In this document: positions 14,259 to 27,049 of the stretch, piece by piece | Layout of the letters: every line of letters starts with the position of its first letter | Position numbering within the stretch: position 1 is the first letter of the stretch | Assembly: GCA_022813965.1 (NCBI GenBank) | Contig: JALDZS010000003.1 | Location: 1 to 64,000, forward strand | Direction: 5' to 3' | DNA length: 64,000 bases | Origin: Toensbergia leucococca | Lineage: Eukaryota | Position numbers and translations under genes: made by a program | The notes under the pieces: generated by a model | The model's database searches: none | Told to the model about the DNA's origin: nothing | The model's input: only the letters and a program-made list of their open reading frames with translations

Positions 14259-15002
14259 CGTATTTAGTAGAAGACGTGCCAATTATCCAGCAGTACGTGA
14301 AAGACAACAAGAAAAGAGAAGATGAGATATTTCGATCAGGTCAGTCCTAGGGTTTTGCATTACTCTTTGGTCTCAGAAGGTCCTACTATGGTTCTTCATC
14401 GGGTCACATCAAACATTCCCTATTTCAAGTAATCTTTTGACGTTGTGAACTAACTTGATACCGCTTTACCTCTCTGGGAAAGGGGGAGTGCTGTAATATT
14501 GAATCAAAATCTCACCGACTTGGAAGCCCACTCCATCCAAAAGTGTGGACGCCACTTCATGTGCATCGTCCAACTCCATTTACGTGTGCTTGTACAAGTG
14601 GATGACTGCGCCACTCCAGGTAGCAACAGTGACGTGCTTTCAGATGAGTCTAAGTTACTGCACGTATGACGAGCCAGATTGATTACTTACCACTCATCGC
14701 ATGATTTTCTCTTGCATTCTGCCTGGGCCCACTAACAGTTTCCAATCATAATGGTGTCAGCTAGCGAGTCAGCAGGGTGCATTGAATCCTCAGCCTCAAT
14801 AACTGAGCCCCGCCCTTCTATTTACTTGTCATCCTCATCATTGCTTATTTCCCGCTCGACTGCCTGATTCATTTCTTGAAAAAAATACTATCGCAAGACT
14901 CGACATTCTCTAATCCTTCTCCGATATTGCGACGAAGATTGTCGCAGTCCTCAGCATCAGCTCCAAGCTTTACATTTATCCACTATTCGTAGACTTCTCA
15001 CA

Positions 15003-15910
15003 ATGTCAGATCCCTACAGATATAGCAACCAGGCTCCCCAGTACTCAACTCCCCAATATGGAGATGATCCTTCACCGCGGTCATCTGGCCAACAGTGGCC
15101 TCAGCAAGGGCAGTATGGTCCCCCAGCGACCCAGCAGCCATATATGGGCCAAGGCTATCCTCCTCAGGTATACATGCCCTTCCTACACCGTTCCGTTAGC
15201 AGCTCAATGAACTAACTTCCCAAAGTCCCAGTATAACCCTTCACAAGACGCTTTGTACCCCCCACCTCCCCGCTCTCGCTCCAACTCGGGTAACTACGGC
15301 TCAAGAGGCCCCAGTGATGGTAAAAAGGACCATAGCAGAGAACGCGGTCTTGGTGCTTCCTTGGTCGGTGCTGCAGGAGGCGGATTCTTGGGTCATGAGG
15401 TTGGAGGTGGAGCGTTGGGAACTATCGGAGGTATGATCGCTGGTGCTGTCAGCGCGAATATGGCAGAGAAGGAATGGGAAAAGCACGAAAGGTAGGTTTT
15501 TTCTATTTCCTGTTGACAAGAAAGACGAGAAGGATCTCTATCAAAAGAAACTGATTCGCACGGGCGTTGATAGGCACAAGAAAGAGCGAGAATCCCACTC
15601 TGGCCGTCATGGCTCTGGACATCGTCATCATAGCCATAGCAACGGTAGGGATGATGATAGGCGATCTGATTCATATGGAGACTCGTATGGTGGGAATTCA
15701 TACGCTGGTGCTAGTGATGGAAGAAGTAGTTCTGGGATATTGGGCGGATTTCTGAGTGGGAATGGGAGGGATGGGGGAAGTAGAGATGGAGGGGATAGGC
15801 AAGGAAGTGGGAGCAGCCAAGGAGGAGAGCGAAGGAGGCATCATCATCATCGCCATAGTCATCATGACAGTCGGAGTCGGGGGAGAGACGATGATAGTGA
15901 GAGTGAGTGA
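15003..15910 (+). CDS. Glycine-zipper-containing low-complexity protein (3 exons)
   Basis: Pro/Gln/Tyr-rich exon 1, glycine zipper GLGASLVGAAGGGFLGHEVGGGALGTIGGMIAGA in exon 2, His/Arg/Gly-rich exon 3. Plausible GT-AG introns near 15168-15226 and 15492-15574. Confidence 0.75.
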
Positions 15911-17644
15911 AGGTCTTGGACCACATACACGGGCTACGAGGTAATGATTATGGTCATGGTACAGTTGGCGCTTCATTTATTACGATGGTTTCTTTATACT
16001 TCCATGGGAGATGAACAGTCGAGGCGCTGTTACCTATACGTGCTTCTATCAAGTAAGAGCACAAGAGAAATTCTATTCACCGATTCATATCTTTCTAATA
16101 TCTTGAGCAACAAGCTTCCGTCCGAAGCCAATTCCTGTTTTCCCTTATAAAATCAACAGGAGAGCTTTCGTTTCAGTGGCATGAACCTTCCTTGTTCAGA
16201 TTTGCAGCCGAGACAATTCGTTACATACATCACTTCTCTCCAAGAAAACTGTCATTATTCTCTCGTACTTCTCTAAATCCTCAACACCAGACACCTGCTC
16301 AATAATAAGAAAACCAAGCGTCGTTCACTAATGTCCTATCCTGTAAACATGGCTTCTGCTATATCTGCTCAAGCCATCTCTGTTGTCTCGAAAGCTGAGA
16401 TTGAAAGATTCCACGAATTGGTCTCACTTATTTACACCCATCATGATATTATGGCAGGTCAGTAGATCTAGTCTTGTTCCTAGACATTGCTGAGCATATA
16501 TCGAGCTAGACAACACAACCATCATCAACTACAACAACTCAATCTATCAAGCACCCACCGTAGGTGGGTTTTGCCCAATCTCTGCAGACACCTGACTGCA
16601 AGACTCCTGCTGAGAGATTACTAGAAGCCAACATAGCAACGCAGAGGTTTGAAAATAGAAAATACGAACAGCACGAGCTGAATGAAGTCAAGATCCCCGG
16701 AGAAAAGGCTCTGTCCGAATATGACAAACCAAAAAAGGAAAACGCCTAGTTTGGAGTAGGAGAGAGAGGAAAAGGCAGCTCGACCTGGCTCGCCGAGCGG
16801 GCATCCCCCAGGACGCTGGTCTCGACGCCGACGAACGCGAAGCTTTCCATGCAAAGCAGCGCGAGATCAAGCAGCAAAGAAAACGACGCAGTAATGTTCG
16901 AAAAAAGAAGAAACAAGCTGCCAAAGAGGCGGAGAATGCTGCTAAGAAGCCCCAAGGATAGTGTCATGGTCGAGCCCACCTAGCGAAAATCTTTTGATAT
17001 CCGGCTCCTTCTTCTTACCATCGGCGCTTTATGCCTTCATCACACACAACAGACTTTTTCTTGTAAAGAAGTTGTTGAAGTAACTTGACCCACTCCGAAC
17101 GAGTCGCAATAGCAAACAAAATTGCTCCCTTTCAACCCGCTATACCAATTCGATTGAGTGCGAGTATTCTATGGATTTCTCTCATTTTTTCGTCTCAAGT
17201 TTGCTGGCAAACTTACGCCAAGATACCGCCCAACCCGGCAACCCAATCAGCATGAACACCTCGCTTCCCTTACTTCTTTTTTTCCAAAATAATCACATCC
17301 CCCTTCTTCCCTCTAGACGTTCCCTTTCCGAGACATTTGTATCCCAGATTGTTTTGAGTAGAGGGACGAATCGCAGAAGAAAGGAAGCTCCAAGGTGTTT
17401 GTGGGAGGGGGAAGGAAGGTGGTATGGGAACGGTGCGTTTTTCTCAAAGGGTTGTAAGTGGTATTTCCAAGGAAATCATTTCAATGGTATAACAGACAAT
17501 TAACGCCATCGAACTTTTCAATTTCAGCTTGGGTAGTTTGCCAAGCATGCTTATGTAGGAGGTCCCATGGTCTTTAATCTTGTGCAAGGAAACGTTAGTG
17601 AGCCATTTTCTTTTTCCCTGTTCGTTGATGTAGTGAATTTTAAA

Positions 17645-18612
17645 GGGAGCTAATAGGTTGACACCCCTTTTTGATACATAAACACCCCCCCCCCCCCCTC
17701 CTCCCGTCAATTAGGCAATTATGAGGCACAGGCGCAATGTTGCCGTACTTGAATGTTCGCCCCAGAAAAGCATCACGGAAGTCACCGCTATACCTGAATG
17801 TATGAACACCTTTTTCATGACAATGAGGTTGCCTTGCATTCACAAGATACAGGACTGAATGTTTGAATCACCCCCTCAATTTTAAAGAGAGAGGATTGTC
17901 ATGTTAAGTGATGATATCATTGTTTGACTGAAAATTGTGAGCATGAGTCTCCTTCATCTGAGCCTGTTGATCCTCTTCTATTGATGCAGGATTCAGCAAT
18001 GGCATGACCGCGTGAACGTCCTTCAAATGCCCCTGATGACAACAACGGGAGGCATGACAACAGGCTGAATTTGACAATTCTACTCAGTGAGAACCCTCTC
18101 AATATGAACTAGTGAAAGAGATGATACAAGGCGGGGTTATATGTGGGTGGGGAGGTAGAGATAAAGGAGCTAGGGAAGCTAGAGGAGGTTGAGAGCAAGG
18201 GTGAGGGTGAGGTGCTAGGGAGGGTGAAGGGTGAGGTGGAGGAGAAGCCGGGGGTGAGGGGGAGGAAGACATGATGATTCGGGTGGATGATGGACTGTTT
18301 CATACTTTTCATTTGTAGATGAGTGATCGTGCGCCCGGGGTGGAGGGGAATCAAGTCAGGATGTGGTACAAAAGCATGATTTTTCTTCCAAGTAATTTGA
18401 CTTCTAGATTGCACGTAGATTGAACAGATAAATGACTTGAGTAGTGATAGAGAATCAAGTGCAAATGTGGTGAGAAATCATGTTGATTCCCTACCCATGT
18501 AACATTGCGCCCGTGCCTCATAATTGCCTAATTTTGGGGGGGTGGGGGTGGGTTTATGTATCAAAATGGGGGTGTTTATGTATCAAAAAGGGGTGTCAAC
18601 CTATTAGCTCCC
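17645..18612. mobile_element. Non-autonomous TIR DNA transposon (MITE), ~968 bp
   Basis: Left end GGGAGCTAATAGGTTGACACCCCTTTTTGATACATAAACACCCCC is the exact reverse complement of 18568-18612. A second inverted block pairs 17709-17741 with 18501-18533. Flanks ATTTTAAA / ATTCTAAA form an 8-bp TSD with one mismatch. No transposase ORF. Confidence 0.9.
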
Positions 18613-18963
18613 ATTCTAAATTAACCTATTGATAGGTAACCAGATACTTCACGCAAGGAAAAGCATTTCCAAACCGATACCGTATAATGGTTCTGAATAT
18701 CACATACCTGAAAGACATCAAATCAAATAAATATTCAATCACCTTCCCTCCCCTTGACCCCTAAGAATAATCCGCATCCATGATCCCTCACAACCAACAA
18801 AATCCTCACCAAACCACAAAAAACCGGTATCATATAATTCATAACAGCATTCACAATACATCATACCAACAAACCAGTCAATCCAGCCATCCCTCACTCC
18901 AACCCCCATGCCCAACACCAACCACCCCCAATAAACCAAACCAGCCCCATCCACCCCACCCCA

Positions 18964-20635
18964 CTACCTCACAGCTCCCAACCCAAACCCAACCCTCCTC
19001 CTCTTCCCCCCCTCCAACATCCCACCCCCACCCCTCTCACCCCCACAATCTTCAAAAACCCTCCACCTCTTCCGCAAGTTTTCCCCATCCAATCGTCTCC
19101 GGCCCGTAGATGGTGGCGGCGTGAGAAGCTGTGCCAAGAACCTTTCAGCTTTCACGGGTGTTTCGGGCACAAATATCCCGAGACGATCGGGAGGGTGTTC
19201 AGGAGCGTCATTAGCCGAGCGCTCGACTAGAGGTTTCCGTATCTTCATCTCCACTCCAGCCTCTGGATCGTCGCCTGTCGACACTAGCGGCCATGGCGAC
19301 AGCGAAGGCGTCCTCTCCCTTTCCGCCTCGTCCTCTGCAATCAACACACCTCCTCCCACCACGTCTCCCTTCGCGCCTCCCTCGCTCTTCCTCTTCGTAA
19401 CCTTCACCTTCAGCTCCGTCTGCCGCATCCACATCTCCGGTCTCCTGTCCCTCAAATCCCCAACCCACTCATCGCAATCCATCCCCACCCACCAATCAAT
19501 CACACCCCCCCACACACTCTCTGCCGGCCTGCCCAAATTCACAAACACGACCTTGCCCTTGCCCCCGCGGCGCGCATGCACCGATTTCGCAAACTCCTTG
19601 ACCAAAACCCGGAGGCCGTGGACATGGAGCGAGGTTCCAAGGATGAGAAGTAGATCTGGGGCGAGGGCTAGGTCGTGGGTTGTGATTGCGGAGAGAAGGT
19701 CTGCAGAAGGGTGCTCCTCGCCGTAGAGGACGATGTTGGGGCGGAGGGTCCCGATTGTGGTGCCGCGTTTCCCACGGTCTCGGCGGTGCTGGTCTTGAGA
19801 GGCGCAGGCGGGGCAGGGTGGGGCTTTGCCGCTTAGTAGAAGGGCCTCGTTACGACATTCTTCCCATGATGCAGTCTTCTGACATAGGGTGCATCGGAGA
19901 ACGTCAAGATCGCCGTGCAAGGGCACGACTTCGCAGCCGCCGTTGAGATCACTTCCGGGATACACGGGCCCTGAAATCCGTGGTTTCTGCATCGCCTTTT
20001 TGGAAAAGCGAGCCCGGTTTCCCTTTCCGCGATCCAAGTCCATGCATAGGCCTTCTCGAGCTTCCAGCCCGTCAATGTTCTGCGTGTAACATCTCACCAG
20101 CTTCCGGCAGTCGCGGAGAGTCCTGATGAACTTGTGCGCAGCAGTGGTGTATCTGATCTCGTCTCTTATTTTCTTGCGCAGAGTGGATATGAAGGTGTAG
20201 AAGACCGATGTGCGCAGCGGATCTCGCCAGAGGGTGGAGTCGAAGAGGTCTTTGCCGGGGAGACTTCCTGGGAGAGAGGGTCTGGTGCTCCGCGTTGAGG
20301 TTGAGGGTGCGGGCGAGGGCCGAGGTTGCAGTTGCGCTGTTTGTAGGGTCTTTGGTGAATTTGAGGTTGCTTGGTTATACTGCGATTGTATCAAAGAATA
20401 CAATCCGTTCTCCGAGCGAAAATCCTAGAAAGATGATGATGGTTTAGAATGGGGCAGCTCACTCTTTACGTTTTTTTAAAAGAAAGGGGTTTGGGGGTTT
20501 GTAACGTACTGGAATGCCGCAATTGGTACTTATCCCCGCGCCTGTGACCACGACGACTTTTTTCGATCCGGCTAGCATGTTGGCAATTTCTTGCAGCTGG
20601 CGATTGTCTCCTTTGCTGACTTTGGGGATGGCCAT
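18964..20635 (-). CDS. HST3: NAD-dependent histone deacetylase, sirtuin Hst3-like
   Basis: VVVTGAGISTNCGIP|DFRS across intron 20425-20509, YTQNIDGLE, LHG, Zn-binding CxxC pairs, LRPNIVLYGEEHP, ILGTSL, FVN. Confidence 0.85.
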
Positions 20636-21184
20636 TTTTCGAAAATTTGGGGGGGGGGGCACAGGGGGATTGGAGGGTGCGGGGTGTGTGGGGGGGGGGT
20701 GGTGGTTGAAGGGGATGAGTGAGGGTTTGTGGAGGGATTTGAGGGATGGGTTTGGAAGAGGTGGTGTGGTTGATACGAGGGTGCTGGTTTGGGGGGGGGT
20801 TTGTGAACTGATGTCTTTCGCGCTTGCCTGTCTCGCTGGGTGACGCGTGGGGTTCGCGAGACGTGCTTTAGTGGGCTTGTTATCTTATCGGGTGAGCGGG
20901 CCAAGGGGGCGGTGAGTTTTGGCTCTATTGAACCTTTATTTATCTATTCTTCAATAAGTTTCTCGCACAGAATGAGTATAATGCATTGACACAAAGTTGC
21001 AAGGCCGTTGCAAACTGTGTGATGTGTTGACAGAATGTATCCTCGGTATGATCGAATAGAAAGTCTCAAACATGATTTAATCCAGAGACGACGCCAATCT
21101 CATGTCCAGAAAAAATTGAGCGCCATTCATTTACTTGACTACAATTCACTATCCTAGGAAAATTCCCACTCATATGCCATACAG

Positions 21185-23090
21185 CTACTCTCTCCTCCTC
21201 CCATTCTCCTCTCCCCTCTCCTCCAACCGCTGATCCAACATCCTCTGCCCATCCAAATAATACGTCCGATCAGCCCCATCCCCCCGATCCCTCTCACTCC
21301 ACCCATCACCAAACCACCCAAACCCATTCCCATCAACATAAGTATATTCAAAGTCCTCCCACCTCGGCTTCTCCAACGCCTTGATAGCATGCAAGCTGCT
21401 CCCCGGCCACAATGCCGTCACGCGTCCACCGGACTTGTACCACGAGCTGCACTCCTCGCTGTAAACAGTCCCTGCGAAATACGCGTCGCAGAAATCGCTA
21501 AAGTTGGCGACGGCGCGAGGAGTGGGTTGGATGGTGAGGATGTTTTCGGTTTGCATTTTGGCGAGGACGGTGGCGGTGTATTCGGCCATGCGCTCGAGGA
21601 CGATGAGGAGGTTACCAGTACCGAGTCCGGAGTTTGGGCCCAGGGCCATGAAGTAGTTGGGGAAATCGTCGGTTGTTATGGAGAGGTAAGTCGAGGCTCT
21701 TTTTTGCCATTTGGTGCCGAGTTTCTGACCGGAGAGACCGTAGATGGGAAATCGATTTTGGAAAGTTGTGTCGAACCCTGTGGCGCAGACAATGGTATCT
21801 ACTTCACGGAGCTTGCCATCTGTGGTTCTTATACCCGTTGCGGTAATGCGTTCTATGGCAGTGGCAATGACTTCGACGTTTTCGCGAGTCAAAGATTCAA
21901 GGTAGCCCGGGCCTGGAGTCAGGCGTTTGCAAAGAGGCGGAAAATCAGGCAGCATGTGCTTTGCAATCTTGGGTTTTTTGGCCAAACGGTCCGTCATTAG
22001 TTTAGTAAACAATTCCCGCGCTTCTTTCTGGGCAGTACTTCCGCGTTGTGTGATGATATGATCTGACTGCAACCCGTGTTCGAGCTTCTTGCGGTATGCT
22101 AAATAGAGACCTGGGTCTTGTTGCCAGGCTTTGATCTCGTCTTCCGTGAAGTCAAAGTTGCTAGCGGTGTCATCTCGTTTCTTCACCTCTTCTCCTGAGA
22201 GAGTAGTAGCTATCCATGTTTTACCCCTTACATAATGATCTAGTCTTTCTACATCTGGCTGGATGTGTGGTACAATCTGAATACCGCTGGAACCAGCCCC
22301 AATGACTGCAAGTTTCTTACCCTAATCGAAGTTCAGCAGTTTCCCACTCTACTAGAGTCAGCGTACATACTTCATGCCGAAAGTGTTCATCCCATGCGGC
22401 GCTGTGTATAAGCTTTCCCTTGAAGTCGTCCAATCCAGTCAATTTTGGCATTCTCCATTCATTTAAAACACCGATCGCGGATATTATAACGTCTGCGCTA
22501 TCTTCAAAAATCTGTTTCGTTTTTACATTCTCCAGTCGCACCGTCCATTTGGCAGATTGTGTATCCCATTTTGCCTCTAGCGCCTTGTGGGAGAGTCTCA
22601 TGTACTTCCGAACTCCGTATTTGTCCGCAACGCGATTCCAGTATTCAAGAATCTCCGGTGCTCGAGCATAAAATGAGCTCCAGGCGGGATTAGCCTCGAA
22701 TGAAAGTTGGTAACAGTGTGCAGGGATATCTGGAGATAGAGACATCAGCCATGGTCTTGGGAGTTATCATAAAATTAGGGAAGGTTGAGTGGGTTTTGAA
22801 ATGCCTGCAGCTATCTATACCAATTTGAAAGATTTTCAGACGCCCTTGATATAAATTGACTTACCGCAGGCACAGCCAGGGTATTTATTCTCATACCATG
22901 TTCCCCCTAACTCTTCATTTTTGTCATATATGACAAGTTCAAGCTTTTCCAATTTTTCCGGTAATCGAATAGCAGCCAAAATACCAGATATGCCGGCCCC
23001 AATGCAGATTACCTTCAGCGGTCGCACAGCGTCAACGCTTCGAGCAGAAACAATGGAACTCGATAAAAAATGAGTAGCAGAAGAAGGCAT
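21185..23090 (-). CDS. FAD-dependent monooxygenase (FMO/Baeyer-Villiger type)
   Basis: GAGISG FAD motif, GGTWYENKYPGCAC|DIP, FKGKLIHSAAW fingerprint, second Rossmann motif IGAGSSG near 22280-22305, ATGF motif. Confidence 0.92.
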
Positions 23091-24340
23091 AACAGCTGCG
23101 AAGAAGATTGAGCTTCAAATAATTTTATTTCAAGACGTCCATTTGCTTCATTTTCAATCATGAGAATTGGGCTCCATGAGAATGTAATCAAAATTCTTAG
23201 CAATCGTGGCCATGCACCGCTCTCAACGCGAGAAGTGGATGAGTTAGGATCTAAGAGGACGAAAAGTAGTCCTGTGTATGTATTCCGACTGATTATACGA
23301 CAACATAGAGTAACAGACAACAACGTATGAAACTGTATATTCAATGCAGGAAATAGAACATCAGTAAATAACAACAATGAGGATGATAAGATATTGCGAA
23401 CTGGTTTTCTCGCATATCCAAATATGGGAGACTCGGCATCAATCTAGATTCGAAGCTAGACGGTGTAATCAAGAAGCAAGCACTGGCAAGCAAGTCATGG
23501 CAATTGCATCTAGCTGATCACCATATATTCACCACCACTTAGGATGAAGTCTAAGACTAGTGGTGGGTGCACGATCAGTTGATTTATCCATAAACCCCGC
23601 CCCGGCATATTTTGTCGGCAGAAGATGATATTTGAGGGGATAGTACCAAATGCACATAGGGACATCTAGTCAAGACCTAGACGGGATTTTCAAGCTTCAG
23701 ATGACTTAATCCAATTGGAATGCTCCGTCTTGGTTGGTCTTTTCAACAGAAGGTAAGTCGGAATTGATAATCTTTTCAGTAGGATTGCTGACTTGAGATG
23801 GTCACATGTAGCCCATGGCTTCATCACCTAGATCAGACCTGCTGGATGGGTGCTAATGCCCGGTACTATTGATGATTCAATGCCCCTGAGGCACGACATA
23901 AAGGTCGTTTCCTGGAATGCTTGCAACCGCTTGGGAAAATCTTTCGATACCGAACCGGAACAGTATGCTCACGCACAGGGCTTTGTCCAACTGGCGGAGA
24001 CGACGAATGGTAGCATCATCTTGGAAAGCACTTCGGAATCCCTCGATAAGTTGGACGAAGACGACGAAGAGGACGAGGAATCAACACCTACCCTCGCTAC
24101 CTTAGGCGGCGGTGATATTCGGCACTTAGGGTTTAGGGTTAATTATAATAGTGAACGCAGGCGCTAGCAAGCATCACGTCACATCTTTAGATTTCTTTGC
24201 ACATGGTTCGAATAAACAATATTCACTATTCACTACAACAGAGAATATCGACTGTGATAGAAGACCTATGGTCATAGCTCCTACTCCTCCTCCTCTTCTC
24301 CATATTGTTCCTCTAGCTCTCCAGAATTTCAAGCGCCAAA

Positions 24341-26776
24341 ATGCCCGGAATGGATAGCTCGAGGAAGGTTCTCCTACTTGGTTCTGGTGAGTTTCTCACT
24401 GCTGTAAAACGGTAGTAAAATTGAACCGAAAGCAGGATTTGTCACCCGGCCTACGTAGGCACTCCCACGGCATCTGTTCCAAGCAATTGCTCATTTGAAA
24501 AAGCGCCGAGTTGCTCAGCGAGTCTGGAATCACCGTCACAGTTGCTTGCCGCCACATTGATGCCTCCAAGAAGCTTACCGAAGGCTTGAAAAATGCTCAT
24601 CCCATTTGCCTTGATGTCACAGATGAGGTAGCTCTCGTGAGTACTTTTCCCCACCATGCTCGTATGTGCAGAGAACTCATCACACTTTGAGCCCCAAGGA
24701 CCGTGAGATTTCGTACAATGCACTCGGTTAGGCACCAGACAATCAATCTTGCGCAAATATCCTATTCTGACGGGATTGACACCAGTCATCTCGTTGATAC
24801 CCTATACTCTCCATGCAAGAGTCATCAAGTATGGTAGCCAAATTGTACCAGGATTATGAACGAGAACCGCTGATCAACAATTGAAGGTCGGCTATTCGTT
24901 GTAAGAAAAACGTCGTCACAACTTCCTACGTCAGTAAACACCAACCAAAAGTTTCTTGACACCACTCACTCATTGTCTAATATTGAGCGATTCAGGTATC
25001 GCCGGCGATGATGGAATTGGACAAGGAAGCAAAGGAAGCAGGTATTACGGTTCTTAACGAAATTGGCCTGGATCCAGGCATTGTAAGCATTAACCAGTGA
25101 ATCTTGAAGGTGACGAACTGACAGAATTTCAGGATCATGTAAGAAGGCCTTGCCTCTGTAATCTCCTTGTAAGGATCTCACTAAGTTTCAGCTCTACGCC
25201 GTCAAAGCGATTGATGAAGTCCACAAGGCCGGGGGTAAAATCTTGAGTTTCTTATCATACTGCGGCGGCCTAGTGGGTTATCATTCAGCACTAGTGAAGA
25301 TACATATGAGTGCTAAATACTTCGGTATAGCCTGCGCCTGAAAATAGTGATAATCCATTGGGATATAAGGTTGGCAGACGTCGAATCTCCTTCAAATGCG
25401 TTGAAACTAATCTTTGAATAGTTCTCCTGGTCCTCAAGGCGAGCAAGCATCCAGACATTCTTTGAATTTGACTAATTTTACTTGAAAGAGGAGTCTTACT
25501 CGCGCTCCGGAACTCAGCCTCCTACTACAAAGATGGAAAGGTCGAGAATGTCTCATCTACGGAACTCATGGTATGTGAATTTTCTTCTTATGTATGAGCA
25601 AGCTAAGCCGTAGTCTCTTAGGGCACGGCTAAACCCTACTGTAAGCCTCCCATATCTTTTGTTTTATGTCTAGATATTGACTGCTTCAACAGTCATCTAC
25701 CCGGGGTACGCCTTCGTAGCCTACCCCAATAGAGACTCGACAGATTATCGCGAGAGATACGACATCCCAGAAGCAAAAACAGTCATCAGAGGTACACTTC
25801 GTTTTCAAGGTTTCCCGGAATTTGTAAAGACCCTAGTCGACGCGGGTTTCCTAAGTGAGGAACCGCGGGACTTCTTGAATGCAGAAGAGTCCACGAAGCC
25901 TTTGAGCTGGAAAGAAGCCACTGCAAAGATACTGAAATCAACGAGTGATGATGAAAAGTGAGTTCATGGCTTCCTATGTACTAAAAGCCCTTCATGCTTA
26001 TCAATATTTTAGAGATCTCATCTGGGCCATTTCATCCAAGACAAAGTTTGCCAGCACTGCTGAGAAAGAGAGAATAATCAGTGGTCTCCGATGTGAGATT
26101 GATTCTATCTTTTTTGTCTAGTCGAGTACTCATATAACAGGGATCGGGCTGTTCTCCGAGGATAAGATCACTTCACGTGGAAACCCTCTCGACACTCTGG
26201 TAAGTCGATACTCTCCTCACGACCCTATCGATTGCTAATTAGTTCTCATAGTGTGCAACCCTCGAAGAGAAAATGCAGTACGAGGCCGGCGAGGTAAGAA
26301 TCCAACCACTGGATCTACATTACTTAAAAACCCCTCACTAACATCCCTAAAGCGAGACTTGGTCATGCTCCAACAGTAAGTACTACTCATCCTCACATGA
26401 TCACTCCAAATCCTCCTTAACGCTCCAAAAGTAAATTCGAAATTGAAAACGCAGACGGCACAACAAAAACTATGACATCCAGTACGCTTTCCCCCAAAAC
26501 TCTCTACCCCCCCCCAAACTCCCATCACAAACACTAACCCCCTCCTCCCCCATCATAGCCCTCGTCGAAACCGGCGCACCCTTCCGTACCAAAGGCTGGT
26601 CCGCCATGGCAAAGCTCGTCGGCGTCCCCTGCGCCGTAGGCGTGAAAATGGTTCTGGACGGTCGGATCAGCGAAAAGGGGATCCTGGCACCTGTGAACGA
26701 GCGCTTGGCTGCGCCGCTGAGGAAGGAGTTGTGTGACAAGCACGGGATTTATATGAAGGAAAAAGTTGTTGTTTGA
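24341..26776 (+). CDS. LYS9: Saccharopine dehydrogenase (NADP+, L-glutamate-forming); 20 exons by my reconstruction
   Basis: Manual splicing gives [99 protein letters not shown] and SAMAKLVGVPCA. Stop TGA at 26774-26776. Confidence 0.95.
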
Positions 26777-27049
26777 GGATGGGGGGGTGCTAAATTTCGA
26801 GAGATTAGGGTTTTTCGGGATATGGATGCGGACGATCTAGACTAGGTAGTGTTTTGAAAAAGTTTGTTAGAGAGATTCCCTTTCCCTCTCATTTCAAGCA
26901 TCTCAACCCCAACCCCGACCCTCTCTCCCCCCCTATCTCCCCTCTCACTCACCCACTAGCCCCGCCCCCGTTAAATCCCAGACTTTATCCCTCACCCCTC
27001 TCACTCCCCCCAAAGCTCACTCCCTCACTCACCTTTATTCTCTCTTCAT

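Noticed and set aside
16331..16980. Possible small gene with a Lys/Arg-rich tail
   Set aside because: I could not build a consistent spliced frame; in-frame stops intervene.
24126..24142. TTAGGGTTTAGGGTT telomere-like motif (possible telomerase RNA template or interstitial telomere)
   Set aside because: Only two imperfect units and no recognisable supporting structure; could be chance or a promoter telo-box.
23850..24167. Short acidic ORF upstream of LYS9 (possible fusion partner)
   Set aside because: No recognisable domain and no spermidine-synthase motifs; LYS9 has its own ATG and complete N-terminus.
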